This document shows, piece by piece, positions 39,665 to 52,917 of a stretch of 63,766 nt of DNA; within the stretch, counting starts at the first letter, position 1; each line of letters begins with the position of its first letter. The position numbers were made by a program, and so were the translations under genes. The DNA lies in contig RHPI01003508.1 of assembly GCA_009103225.1 (NCBI GenBank), positions 62,235-126,000 on the forward strand, given 5' to 3'. Under the pieces are notes generated by a model. That model was given only the letters and a program-made list of their open reading frames with translations, was not told the origin of the DNA and did not search any database. The DNA comes from Chlorokybus atmophyticus. Its lineage: Eukaryota > Plantae > Mesostigma and Chlorokybus algae.

Positions 39665-41632
39665 ATGTCGGCTGCTGGGTTGTCGGTGCCGCAGGCCGAG
39701 GGGCTGGGAAGGGTGCAGCACCTGAGGCGTGCCGCGACCAGGGCGGCGGCCACGGCGGCGGCGGTGCCGGCCGTGCCGGCTGTCCCACGCCGCTCCGCCG
39801 TGCTGGCAGCGTACCAGAAGCCCTCTGAGAATGCCGACACTACCCGCGCCGCCGCCACCCCCTCACGCCGCGACATCCTCGGCCTCGTCGCCGTGGTGGC
39901 CCCCGCCATGGCCTGCAGGTGAAAGCTCACAGTCAATTGGCATTGTGTCTTGTACACACTCTGCGCAGACAAGTCAACAGCTGGCTTACCAGCTGGTTGC
40001 ACAGATTGTGAAAGACAATGCTGGCTGGTTGATTGTTAATCAGCTGTCTGCTTAGAGTGAACGATACTGTCCCTCGGTTGACGCTATAAGCAGTCATTGT
40101 CCGCTGGGTGCTTGCTGTACTTGGGTTTGTGCTTACTACTGCCGCAGTCACTTGCAAGCACATCGGTGCGAAGCTCTCTCTCTCTCTCTCCCTCTCCCCT
40201 AGACGCTTTCCACAGCATTTCACCTCACAGTCAGTCCATCTACCCAAGCTCGACCGCGACGTTGTTGTTGGCTCCCGCATTTGCCATTGCCACCAAAGGC
40301 CTCTCTCTCTATGCATGCTCGTTCTCTCCCCCTTCCCCCCATTCACCACTCTCTCACTCCCTCCTCTCCTTCTGCAGTCGCGCCTTCGCCCTCCTCCCCG
40401 ACGACGACGACGAGGACCTCCTCCAGCGCGCCAAGTCGCGCCGCAAGGAGCGCCTCGAGGTGGAGCGCGCCACGGAGCGGTCGTTTGTGAGGGAGGAGGG
40501 GTTTGCTAAGGGGCAGAACTCGCAAAACGACACTGGTGAGATGAACGCACAAGCAGAACTCGCACGTTCAAGTGTAAACCCTGTGCATTGAGGATGATAC
40601 TTGTATGTGTGCATATAAACCTTCACAGTTCATAGCATCAAAGCAAGTCATGACATGACACTCATACGTACACCCACCCTCACACAGGCCTGTGCGTATG
40701 CATGCACAGCGAAGACCGTACACGCACGTACACGTGCGCGTTATCCCGTAAAGTTGGGCAGAGTGCTTCATTTATAAGCTCCTCATGTCTGCTTTCTATG
40801 CACATCGATTGCTGCATCAATAACTCAGTCAGTGTATATCCATGACAGCATTGGGTTGTCATGACCCATGCAAACACACACGCCGGATGCTTGCCATGGC
40901 TGCCATTACCTCTACCACTACTCATCTGCAACCCTCTCTCCCCCAGCCTATGTCCAGAAGTTTGTGAACGCCCTCGGTCGCGCCGGCGGTTCCCTCGAGC
41001 GCGGCGACTTCAGCGGCGTTGCTGACGCGGTCGGCTCTTCCCCGCGCGCGGCGATGGTGGTGGACACGTCGCGGGCGCTCAAGCAGCTGAGCCAGGACAA
41101 CGCGGCCGCGCAGGAGGTGGCGGATGAGGTGCTGGGGTCGGTCGCACAGCTGCAACGGGCAGGTCGGTGGGAATGGAAGGTGGTGTGAGTGTGGGAGTGG
41201 GGGTTCACATAGTATCGTGGATGTGGTTAAGCAGTCGTGTTTGTGTTGGTTTGTACGTAGTGGTTGCATTTGTGGTTTCGCCTTTGCAGGACTGCATGTC
41301 AATGCATTTGCACGGGGTTAGCACATTCGAATTTTGTCCGCCTGTCACACAGCAGACTAGTTCATTGTAACCTGGTGTTGCTTTGTTGTCTTGCACGTGC
41401 ATACAGCTTTGACGTCAGAGGCTTTGTTGCCCACTTGACAGCTTTTGCCGCATCATACACTCAGGTCATTGCGATCACCAATGTTAAACAGCAGCAAAGT
41501 TTGTGATTTCTTGTCTTCTGCCTTGCAGCTGCTGGCAAGAAGGAAAAGGAGGCCAAGAAGCAGTTCCTGGCAGTCATCCTGTTCCTGCAAAAGTGGGTGG
41601 ACTTGACGAAGGTGCCCGTGGCCGGCCTTTGA
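39665..41632 (+). CDS. MPH2: Thylakoid lumenal 16.5 kDa protein (At4g02530-like)
   Basis: Bipartite transit peptide with a twin-Arg motif (SRRDILGLVAVV..AFA); mature LLPDDDDEDLLQRAKSRRKERL and YVQKFVNALGRAGGSLERGD parallel Arabidopsis ILEADDDEELLEKVKQDRKKRI and YLQDLVYKLSKVGQAIENND as recalled. Confidence 0.8.
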
Positions 41633-42384
41633 TTGGTTTCTTCTTTTGTCCCACAGTTGCCAGAATAGGGGTTGCACTCCAGCTAGATAAGTTGTGCACT
41701 CACTGTGCCTCTACATTTCTGGATCACTGCACACAGGATGATATATCAAAGCTGTGCACTTGAGAGACTGCATATCCATTGTTTGGGTGGTCGCTTGTGG
41801 TTAACCGTCATATATGCTTGTTATTGGTAGCTGCTTTGCTGAGATGACAGCATTTTCCTTGTGTACAGGATGTGTGAATTGCTGTTTGCTTGTGCACATG
41901 CACGGTGTCATCGATGCTTCACACTGCATCATTGCCACACACGACCGTAACATTGCATGTGTTGTTGTTCTTGTTGCATAAGCATGCTGATGCTGTCTAA
42001 TGTAACCAAAGAATACACTACACTAAGCTGCACATGGCGTGGTGCCAAGCTTTCCTGCCTGGAAGGTACATCAGTACTGCTCATCTACGTCACTTAATGT
42101 AGCAAGTCACGAGTCCCTACAGAGAGACACCAATCTGTCAACCTTGCTGGCCAGCTTTGCACACTTCTTGACTGCGGGTTGTACTTTGTTGCTGCTGGCA
42201 ACCGCGCAGAAACTGCGTGCATACACGTTGTATGGAACAATGCCTGCTCAACGCAACGGCATGTAGACAAGGTTAAGCCAGTGAGCAAAGTCAAGTCCCA
42301 ACCCGTCAGCGAGCAAAGCAGAAAGCTGAGCCAAGAGCGTTGCACTGCAGACCAGGCCGGGGGCGGGCCAGGCCAGGCCAAGCC

Positions 42385-45300
42385 ATGCAGCATCCACACG
42401 CGGCGCTGCAGCGCAGGGACTACGCCGCCTTCCTGGACGCTTGCGGGGCGGGCGGCGTTGGATTGGCAGCATGGGCGCCGTACGCCCCGGCCCTGGGCAT
42501 GGCCGCTGTGGAGCAGCTGGACCAGGCCCAGGCGCAGACGCAGACGCAGGCTGGTGGAAACAACCCAGAGCAGCGGGACAAGCTGAGACTGTGAGTACAG
42601 CGAGCAAGCAGCTCATCATGCTTGACACGCATTGCGGTTCCAGTCTTATTGCCGTAGCAATGCTGTGTGGTCAGTGCAACTTCGACTGCTCGCACAGGTG
42701 GTTACAATGAACAGTAGCAGCCTATCTTGCAGTATGGGCTCCAACTGTAATTATCTGAGACAATGATTATCTCGGACAGCGTGTACAGAAAAGTGGACAA
42801 CGGATGGATCCGTCGATTTGTCGGATGGTAGCAGTTATTCAGCGCAACAAAGCGTGTGTAGCTTGGCATGCTTGTCAACTGAGCAGCACAAATCATGCGT
42901 ATGTGTGTTTTGCTGCTTCGTGTCAGTCAGTCCGTTACATGCACATGTCGGCTGTTGGATCAGCAAGCAACTTGTGTTGTACAACTGCCTTGGTGCTGTT
43001 CTGCCTGCATGCTTGATGCGCGTTCAGTGACTTGGCTCGCCGACGGTGCATATAAGCGTGCTGCTTTTGTGTTGCACACACTTGCTTCTCAAGCACTCAC
43101 AACTACCCATACGCGTGTGCATGCTCATACAAGTATGTGTGCAAACATGCACACATAGTTGGACACAACAAAGACATGTACACTGCGCTCGCATTCGCAC
43201 GCACGAATGCAAACATGAGTAAAAGCACACGCACATGCACAAGCCCCCCCCCCCACCACCACACACACAAACGCACACGCGCTGTCTCAACACTCCTCCC
43301 CTCTCCACACAGGCGTGAAGCTCTAACCAAGCTCAGCGACCCCTTCTCCTCCGCCGTCCAGTACGCCGAGTCTGCCCGTTCGACCGGTCTGTCTGCCGCT
43401 CTGCAAGTTGTCGTCGAGGAGGGTCGGCGTGGTGCTCAGGACTTGTCCACCGCCGACGCGGACGACTTCGATGCCGCCGACACCGTGCAGAGGATGCTGA
43501 TCGCCGCACTGCAGCTGCGCCAGCTGCTTGTGGAGAGCGAAGCTGGGCATGGTTGTGGACAAGCAGGAGATGTGGCAATGGTGGGGGCGAGTACCGTGTA
43601 CGACAGCGAGGGGATGGCGAACGAACTGGCACTGGTTGTGCCGATGCTCACGCTCAGTTTTCCTCACCTATTCCCAATTGGTAGGAACGCACACGGCTTC
43701 TCTTCTTCAACTCTTCCGTGCATGCATGTGTGCATGCATGTATACAAACACAGAGCGTGCTTGCCCCATGCAGAAGCGTGTCTGGGTGCACATGCATACA
43801 CACGCATGCACGCAGACGCATGCACATGCCTGCACGTAATTGTTACGTCACCTCGCCTCACCAACCCGCACACATGTCTCACGCAGGCCCCGTGGCAAAG
43901 GCACTCTCCGGGCTACCTGGCGGCATTCAGCTCCTCGCTGCGCTGGCGGCCAACACATGCGAGGGCGACGGGGACACCGCAAGCGTCCGTGCGGTTGTTG
44001 ATGCGGCTTTTGGGCACCTCAACACGTTGGAACGCGGCAGTGAGGTTGCTGCCGCAGCAGTGCTGTCAAGGCTCTGTCTACTTGCACCACCAGCCACGAG
44101 TATGGTATGTTGAGTTGATGCCGAACCAACCAATCGCTGTATGTTCATTTGTTGACTCACTTACGCATTGTTTTGCTGTTGTGCAGGTGCGTGCACATCT
44201 TGTTGAGAAGCAGCTGCTGCCTGAGATGGTGTTGCAGTTGACAAGCGACTTGCACGACGAGGTGATTGAGCAGCAGTTGAGGGTTGTGTGTACTTGTGGT
44301 CAGTTACAACCCACAAGCACACAATGTTATCACGTCATTGTGCTAACGACCAGTGTGCTGTCATTTCTGCAGCTGGAGTTCCTGACTTCAGTCGTGTTTG
44401 GTTTGGAAGCCAAACGGGACTGGCTGTTGGCCCATCTGGCATCCAGTCAAAGGTCCATCAGAGGACCGCCTTCATCCCAACCCCAGCCCAAGCCAGTCCC
44501 GTCATCCTCCGGTTCTGAACTAGGTCCTGAACCCCAAACCCACTCCAAACGCGGCCGTCCCGACATAATCCCTCTCGGCAGGACTCGGGAGGCAGCACCC
44601 GGGCCGGATACAGGACTTCCCGAAGCGAGCCCGTTGGCCAAACGACCCCGATTGGGAGGTCCCGGGACCCTCTCAGCACCTCTCCCCAGGACCTCGCAAG
44701 CAGCTAATAACCCTGTTCCCGTCCCCGCACCCGTTCCCATCCCGGCCGTGTCCAGGACCTCCTCCTTCTCTTCAGGTGCGGCGAACGTACACGCAGCCAA
44801 CATATCCCTCCGAGTGCGCGAGGCTCTGCTCGTGGACGCACAAAGAACCCTGGAGTTGAATCAGGAGAGGGATAGGGACTTGGATGGTCATGCACGCAAG
44901 AGATTGATGTGGTCGGAGCGTGCACTCAGACACCTGCGGCTGTTCTGCGTGCTGGTTGGGGCGGGCGGGCTGCGGCCGTCGGGGGAGGAGATGTCCATGT
45001 GGCTCACCGCAGGTGAGTACGTTACAATAAAATGCGCAATTCAAAAAGAGTGGCTATGTACATTACAAACGCATTAGTTACAACTGTGGATGGGGCCTTC
45101 ATTGTCCTTAGCTTTTGTTGTATTTCTTGTTGATGATGCATATGCGGCTAGTTAGGCGTGCGAACAAGTTGTGCTGCAGCACAAGTACTTGTGGCTGCTG
45201 ATGACTTCGGTGGTGCGCATGTATCTGCGTGTGTGTGTGCAGTTGCAACAGCACGGGAAGAACGAGGACGAGCACCTCCGGCTTCTCCACAGCATCAGCA

Positions 45301-47393
45301 ACATCAAGAGGAGGAGCGGCTCTTGTCGGCAGGGACGCTGCGGCTCAGCCTGAGCTTCCTGTGTCTATCGCAGGGGCTCACGGCGCCGTCCTTCCGACCG
45401 TTGCTGCAGCGCGCAGTTGGCAGAATCATCTATCATCACCGACAACCTGTTCTTGGCAATGGGGAAAGCCAAGCCCATGCACTACCGCAAGCACCACCAC
45501 AAGCAGAAGTACAAACACAAGCGCATGCACAAGTACAGGCACAAGCACAAGTACAAGCACGAGAACAACAAGTACTAGTGCAAGGGCAAGGGTTTGTCAA
45601 AGAGACTGCCGAGGAAGAGGAGGCCAGGCAGTTGTCTGTCTGGCTTGGCACGCAGTTGTACCTCCGACAGTACGTGCTCAATGTTGCCTGCCAGCATGTG
45701 TCAGCACTTAGCACAAACCCCACATAAATAAACCCCAATCCTGCAGGTTTCCTGCTATAGCTGATGCTGTCCGTGGCGCCCTTGGCGTGCACGTTCGCGT
45801 GCCAAGCACCGCGCTGCGGGACGTTGCAGAGGTGGCCTCTGCTGCAGGTGAGTGAAGCTCTCGTAAAGCACCCACGCAGCTTGCAAAAACAGGCATGCAC
45901 GCACCCACACATGCACGCACACGCCCGCACACGCACGCGTACACATGCTCGCACGTTTGCATGCACCTACGCACTTGTGTTCGTACGTGCATGTGTGCGT
46001 GTGTGCACACACATGCGCGCGTGTTCACACGCACACATACATGCGCGCGCATACGCACACACGCTGACATGCACAGGCTTGCTGGCTCCCGATGACCTCG
46101 CCGCCACCGCCGCTTCCATTCACACACGCGACACGGAACCCGCGGACTCCCCTGCCGCACAGATGGCCCTCGTCGCTTTGCGCCAGCTGTTGGAGGCGGG
46201 CGTGTTGCATCATCCCAGTAAGGCCGACATCGCCGGCTTCGCTGTGTGGCAGCTGTTTGCGCAGAAGACCGCATCATCAACATCATCGGTCAACCCGCAG
46301 TTGTTGGCCTTTCTGCGTGCGTTGGCTTTGCAAGACACACACGTGATAGCCGCTCCCGCTCTCGAGTCTCTCTTGCACGCCGAGGGGGGTGATGTTGGCA
46401 CCGATCGCGTGCGTGTGCTCGCGACGTGCTATGCGCTTCGTGTTGAGGAGGCCGCGCGCACGGGGCGCGTGAGGATTGCGGATGTTGGCGTGTGGGACGG
46501 CGTGCTCACGACTCTCCCTGTCATGCATTGCCTTCTCTTCATGCGCCGCAGCGGCACGGTGTACCAAGACCTTTACTCTGAGGTACTGCTGCTTATACGA
46601 CTGGTGTGCTGCGTTGGGTGAGAGGTGTTGCCAGCTAATGTGTGTATGTGGCATGGTGCAGTGTCTGCAACTTGCGACGGAGCTGCTGCCAGAGCAAACC
46701 TCAGCTTCTGCGCTGGAGCGCCTGCAGGCCGAAAATGGAGACGATCATCACACTGAACATCACGATGACAGCCTCAACGCTACTCTGGTACTTGAAAACC
46801 TATGTTGGTGCATGTGTGTGTGTGCATGTGCGTGCATGTTCTGCTTTCATCTGTTTGTGAGTTTGTGTGTACATGCATGTGAGCATGTACGTATTCATGT
46901 GCTTTTGTGTCTGTCCATGGTTGCATGCTGCAGTCTTGTATGCTTACTTGTCCTCCATAGGACCCGGACGCCTTACAACGCGCTCTCTCAGCCCCGTTAT
47001 CTGACCCAACATCCACCTCCCACTGTTTGCGCGCCTTCATCAACCACACCAAGCGCACTTACGACCCAAAAGGGTCTCTCCCTTTACACTCATCCGTCAT
47101 GGAGTCCATCTCCCCGCTTCTGCTTCGACACAATGAGAGCCAGAGCAATCCCCTCAAGGCGCTGTTCGTGGAGTGGTGGCTCGCGCTTCCGATGTGCGCA
47201 AAGGTGCCACTGTTCCCGCGCTTGATGGCTGCTCTTGGAGTGGACGGCGGCGATAACAACAACAACAACAGCAACAATGGTGCCAAATGCAGCCTTGAGA
47301 AGATGCGGCTCTCGCCGCTGCGGGTTCTTGCTTGCGATGCATGGTGCTTCCGCATTGCACCCGTGCTTGAGGTTGGTGTTGGTTACATAATGC

Positions 47394-47479
<86 letters not shown>

Positions 47480-48834
47480 TTCGTGTTTGTTTCGATGGTA
47501 CTCGCAGTTGGTGCTGAAGGTGTACGGCATGCTGCTTGCAATGAACCGGCGCTTAGCCATGGCAGCGCGCAAAAACAAGTACTCATCACTGCTCGTTTGT
47601 CACACGCCAGCTTCATCAGTCCAACCCTCGTGTGTACTCGCGGTAACACAACGTAGTGCCGTCTGCAGAATGGAGAATGGCAACAGCTCCATCGTCACGC
47701 CCTCGAACACGTCGTCCTCATTGCTGCTGCAGGCCAGCGCGGGGGTCCAGATGCTGCTGGAGGTGCTGATGGAGCTTGGGGGAGGTGGGGAGGGTGAGCA
47801 ACAACTCGTGCAACAACAACATGACGGGCAGAGAGGGGGAGAAGCAAAGCCACGAGAGATTATCCTCAAGTTTCTGGATCGCGCGTTTTCGCAAGAACCC
47901 CTCCTGCTGAAGCTTGTGCACTTTCAAGGGTACACAGATAGGCGGTTCACGCAGTGTGTGCTTACTGCTGCGGATTGAGATCAGCTGCAGGCAGTGCCAT
48001 GCAACAACAGTTGAAACACACCATCATTCAAGGCATGCATGCACATGTAGCGTGTAGCGCGCACATGCAAGCCACTTGTCTGCTGCATGCAGGTTTGACC
48101 TGTCGTTGGTTGGGCCACTCGCGTCTGGCGCACCATCCGTGCGGCGCATGTGCGTAGACTTCCTGCCCGAGCTTCTCACACAACCCCAACCAGAGAGACA
48201 GGTACCCGAGAACTGGGTTGTTGTTTAACATATGTTGTGTGCGTGTATGTGCGTGACATGGCAATGCATGCATGCAGGTGCTTGGTGTGGCGCTGGCGGG
48301 TGCGCTCGAGGACGCGTGCCCTGAAGCGCTTGCGCAAAAGGTTGTTGCGTTCGTGCGCTCACTGATGAGCAAGCCGACACCCACTGAACACATCCAGAAG
48401 GCAAGTACCACTCAAATGCAGAGTCTCCATGCATCCACGATGGTGTGTGCATGCGCGTGCAGGTGTGCGTGTGTATGTGGGTGCTTGTGTCATGTTTGCG
48501 TGTTTGCCTGTGTTTGCGTGCGTGTTTGTGTGCGTCATGCGAGTGTTGTCAACTATGGCCTGTGTCACAGATGTTGTTGCCACTGGCATCCTGTGCACTG
48601 GCTGTCCCGAAGGTCGCCATGGAATGCGTTAAGATATTCCAGGTGTGCGTTGGCATTGCATTGACATCAACACCTGTGACTAATATATGACAACTACATC
48701 AACTCCAGCATCTTCAGGACTGTGCGGAGGTATCACGTGCGCTGCAGCCAGATGCCCCTCCAAGAGATGCCGGCTTGCACGCGGCCGCTGCTGCCGCCGC
48801 GATGAACTTCTTTGAGCGCAGGGCTGCCACATGA
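42385..48834 (+). CDS. INTS2: Integrator complex subunit 2 (multi-exon helical scaffold)
   Basis: C-terminal exons LLLKLVHFQGY, LCVDFLPELLTQPQPERQV and MLLPLASCALAVPKVAMECVKIFQ are colinear with metazoan INTS2 (IAKLVHFQGY, ICLDFIPELIAQPELEKQI, MPTLPSLVSFCRAFP) as recalled; gene length fits a protein above 1000 aa. Confidence 0.8.
47394..47479. repeat. (GAT)n trinucleotide microsatellite, about 28 units, in an INTS2 intron
   Basis: Directly visible; lies between a donor near 47344 and the acceptor ctcgcag near 47507. Confidence 0.95.
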
Positions 48835-50709
48835 AAGGGCTGCTGTTGACTGTTGTTGCTCGTTTGGTGTGGTTGTGCAGTCCGTGCGACCACACACACA
48901 CGCTCTTCACTCTCTTCGTGATGAATGTGGACGGGTACGTGTCAGGCAAAGGGCGCTTGTTTTTGTGCAAGCGTAACCTTGTCTGTGCATGCATGGCTTA
49001 TACCCTATGCATATATGCACATAATCTGCGTTGAAACTAGGGCGGGCAGTCAGCGTGTTCTGGTTGGTTGCGCGCTATTGCACTTGACTTGCACACGGGC
49101 ACATGCTTGCACATGCCATTGATGTTGCACCATACTTGCTGTGATGCAGGTACAACTTGGCCTTTTCCCGGCCCACCCATTCCCCCTCCGTGCGCACTGC
49201 TGGGCGCATCGTATCTGTGTCGTTATATACGGTTAAGTAGGCCATGTAAGTCTTGAGTTGGGGACAGATGTGCATGTCATGTGTGCTGGGCAGATATCAC
49301 AATGCAATATGCTCGAGTTGGGACTGCGTGTTTACGGTGCTTGGTTAGTGACATGCGAGTAAGGCATGCAATGCAGTGCGCATATGTATGGGTGCTCGCT
49401 TGGAGGTAGTGTGCAAGCATGTGTCTCACAAGCAAGTAGGGGTGGCGTGGTTAATGTGTCTGTATTAAACTCGTGACTAAGAAGCCCTTGTGCTTTGTTG
49501 CTCCTCATCCATTGCTTATGTGCTTGCTTCACAATGATAGATGATAGATGGTACCATCGAACGCACTCGTAATCAAGTAAATACAATAAGCAACGGTAAT
49601 GCAATGCGGAAAAGAAGTGATACATTTTGATTACAAACTTAAATGCTCACATTTGTACCGATATTGGTTGTCAAAAAGGAATCATGAATGACTATGTATA
49701 CCACCCAAGTATTGTTGGTTGTTATACATAGTCACTTAGTGGTATGATTGATACGTCAAATCTTTCAAGGTGAACACGGCATGCACATATAACATGCAAA
49801 TGTATGGCTAATTTGTTGTACAATTCGCAAAACCCCTCCCATTGTGCAATACGATACTTCAACAAGCATATCATAAGTTAAAAAGTGACAACAATCGTTA
49901 TCAATCATACACGATGCGTGGTACAAGAATCCAAGATTAGCACTCTATGCATCAGCTCATATACAAGCTCTTGACAAAACACCCATACCACAATGCATTT
50001 ATCTTACAATACCATTAATGCATGTACATATTTGCATACATACACTGCATATACACATGATCCATATTGGTGTGATTGATAATTCACCACTTTATTATAA
50101 ATATGAAACAAGCTCAGCTTTAGCAAAGCATTTAAAGGAAATGCATTGCGTGATATAGTGCTACACTTTGATTCATGACGCATTTGTTCACGCAAAAGCA
50201 ACACATAAGTCCGATCAAGCGTCTATCGTGATCTTGCGCGGGCATGATGCTAGTTATGTAGCAAGTGAACAAGTTGCTGCTCTCGGGTGTCTGTCTTGCA
50301 TGCACTTTGCATAGGCTTTATTTGCTCAAACGCTTCGGAATTAACAACGCGTGGGGGATGCATACGCCGTAGCGAAGACCCTTTGGCATGGTCCATTTTC
50401 ACCTTTTATCTTCTCAAGTGGTCGCTTCTGTCTACGCGGGTTGCTCTGAAGGAAGGCACCTTCAGCACCGTCCCGGCATAATTAACACGTCACCGTCGCA
50501 GTCTGCGCAGCTGTACTTGTAACATGGGACCTTGCTGATTTGCGTGGATCAGGTTCGACAAGACCCTCTACAACATGCAATTGACATTATTGTGTCCGCA
50601 CTCTTCTTACCTCACATAAACACCTGTTATGAATAAAGAAATATTAAATTTCCGCTTAACTCATGTTTAAAATTTGCAAATTAACGGCCTTTATAAAGGA
50701 AATGTTATG

Positions 50710-51111
50710 ATAATTGAAAGCCTGCGCACACGTGTGGGTGAGGGTCAGGGCCGAATCCCCTCATCCAAACTTTAAGAATATAACCTACCGTGTATATGAT
50801 CGTGATGGTGGAGCTGATGATATTAGCGGTTGCCAATTTAAAACCATTGGAGAGGCCGTGATGGCGACATTCATGGCGCCGACAACATTGGCTAGACGGA
50901 CGTCAACCACAATGTGACCATATCGCCCTGCAACTCAAACTCAAACTCCCAGCCGTAAATGCTGACTGCTTCAAGCCTTGTATATTGTTTGACCCTGATG
51001 TCGACGGGCTACGTCTGGTCTTTTGCATGTAATGTTTACGTACAACTTTATGCTTCGCAACTTTGCAGAGCGTCATGTCGTAAACATCGTATGTCGGGCG
51101 GCCCGCGCATC
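50710..51111. repeat. Diverged dispersed repeat, copy A1 (partner 52074-52510)
   Basis: Colinear shared blocks: ataattgaaag, gcgca.ac.tgtgggt, aaacttta, gatggcga.att, aaccacaatgt, caactcaaac, ggtcttttgcat.taatgt.ta.gtaca, gcaga.cgtcatgtcg. Confidence 0.8.
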
Positions 51112-52073
51112 GTTCTTATTACGTTTGCACATTTGCAGGCACGTAAGGTATTTATCACTAAGTCACGCCATGAACGAATCTTTTTAACATGGGTAACGCA
51201 TTTGCGCGCAAACAAGTTAAAAAGCTATTCCGTATTGCTTACCCTGCACATGGTGTATATTTTGCGTTGCTTTGTGTGACACATGCATGAATTGTACACA
51301 ATCACATTCCAATCGTAGTCTCAACACATACAAGCAATTTTTATCATATCAAGATGGGTTTGGCCGGATAGACAGGCTGTTAAAGACAGCAAAGATACTC
51401 TTGCTACCGCTAACTTATGAGTAAAATGTCAACTATTTACGCACTGCACAATGGCATGCGGAGGCATTGGCAACATGAGTACTAATTCAAGTATATTTCT
51501 TGTTTTCTTACTCATGTATTTAACTTGATTCACATCAAGATGCATGCGGGTGTAAAATATGTTGCAATGCGTGTATGTGAGGGTCATGCCACATACGTAT
51601 TGCATGCAATGTTCACTTTATACTGCATGCGTATAATGGTAGCTTTCTATAATAACTTTTTGAATGAATGTATCATACACCTGAATGCATGACGCTCTGG
51701 TAAATATTTAAATGCCTGCCGCAAGTCATATTGTCTCTCAATGTAAGAGCCGTAAACGATGTTGGACTTTGACTCGAACACCAAAAGCACGATCTATTGA
51801 ACTCGATAAAGTATCGCAGCAGCCCGCTAATAGCGACAATAGACCAACCGCGAAGCGATTGGGTGGAAGTAAAAAGCAGTGAAATGCGTGGTTTGCTTTC
51901 ACGCCAAACTTGTGCTACACTCCAATTTTAGCTCTCGTCTTTTTGGTTTTCGCTCCACCCCGCTGTTCTTAACGACACAAAGTCTCCTCGCAAGCATTCC
52001 TAAGCTAAAAAGCATGAGATGGCTTGACAGAGTTTATAGCCATGCGCCAATCCAGCTTTGAGATGTTGCTGTA

Positions 52074-52510
52074 ATAATTGAAAGCTGCAAGCTGCGCATA
52101 CATGTGGGTAAAGGCTATCCATTATGGCTGCATTTGCTCACCTAAACTTTATCAATGCAATCTACCCTGTCAGTGACCGTGACGGTAAAACCGATGGCAA
52201 CGGCGGTTCAAGCTTACAAAGAGGCTATGATGGCGATATTTGCGACAGCGGCTAAACAAACGTGAACCACAATGTCGCCTTACTGCCCATCAACTCAAAC
52301 CCTAACTCCTGACTCCTGACTCCTAACTCCTTTTAAATGCTTTCGGCCTCGGTCACACCGTTTCCTCGCGATGTCGGGCTGCGTTCGGTCTTTTGCATAT
52401 AATGTCTATGTACATCTCAATGCATGCCTCGCAATTTGTGCAGACCGTCATGTCGCATGCCACACCGCGAAAAACTGTATACAACCATGTATGGCGCGGA
52501 CGTCCGCATC
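52074..52510. repeat. Diverged dispersed repeat, copy A2, with telomere-like aaaccctaactcctgactcctgactcctaactcc
   Basis: Alignable by eye to 50710-51111. Confidence 0.8.
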
Positions 52511-52917
52511 AGGGGGTAGTATCGGGTGTTGGAAGCCGCAAAGCAGGGTCACAACCTGGCGTATAACCGCAAAAACCAATCATGGTTTACTTTCCCTCAA
52601 TTGTCACTGCTGTCCGCCATAGTAGCACAATACTGATACGTTGCTAAATACAATGTATGCCTCGTGTGCAGACCGTTTTGTCGCATGCCTCATCGCGAAA
52701 AACTGTACACAACCATGTATGGCGCGGATGTCCGCACTGGGGGGCAGTAGCGGGCGGTGGAAGCCGCGAACTAGGGTCAAAACCTGGCTATAACTATAAC
52801 CGAAAAAACCAACCACTACAACCGAAAAAACCAATTATGGTTCACTTTTCCTCAATTGTCATCGCTTGTTCACTGCTTTTCGCCATGGTGGCACAATACT
52901 AATACGATGCTAAATAC
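52437..52917. repeat. Tandem duplication, about 228-bp period, 2 copies
   Basis: tgtgcagaccgt..tgtcgcatgcc..cgcgaaaaactgta.acaaccatgtatggcgcgga..ctaaatac at 52437-52651 and 52665-52917. Confidence 0.9.

Noticed and set aside
43137-45077. 646-aa single ORF as an independent gene
   Set aside because: It chains several INTS2 exons with stop-free introns.
47059-47656. Poly-His, poly-Met and poly-Ile ORFs
   Set aside because: Readings of an intronic (GAT)n microsatellite.
50527-50570. GGTTCGA resembling a tRNA T-loop
   Set aside because: No cloverleaf or A-box, and the stem does not close.
50684-50700. ggcctttataaagg resembling the U5 snRNA loop
   Set aside because: Differs from the invariant GCCTTTTAC loop and lacks U5 stems and an Sm site. 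No U1, U2 or U6 signatures were found either.
52437-52917. CRISPR-like array
   Set aside because: Only two long diverged units with no repeat-spacer structure, in a eukaryotic context.
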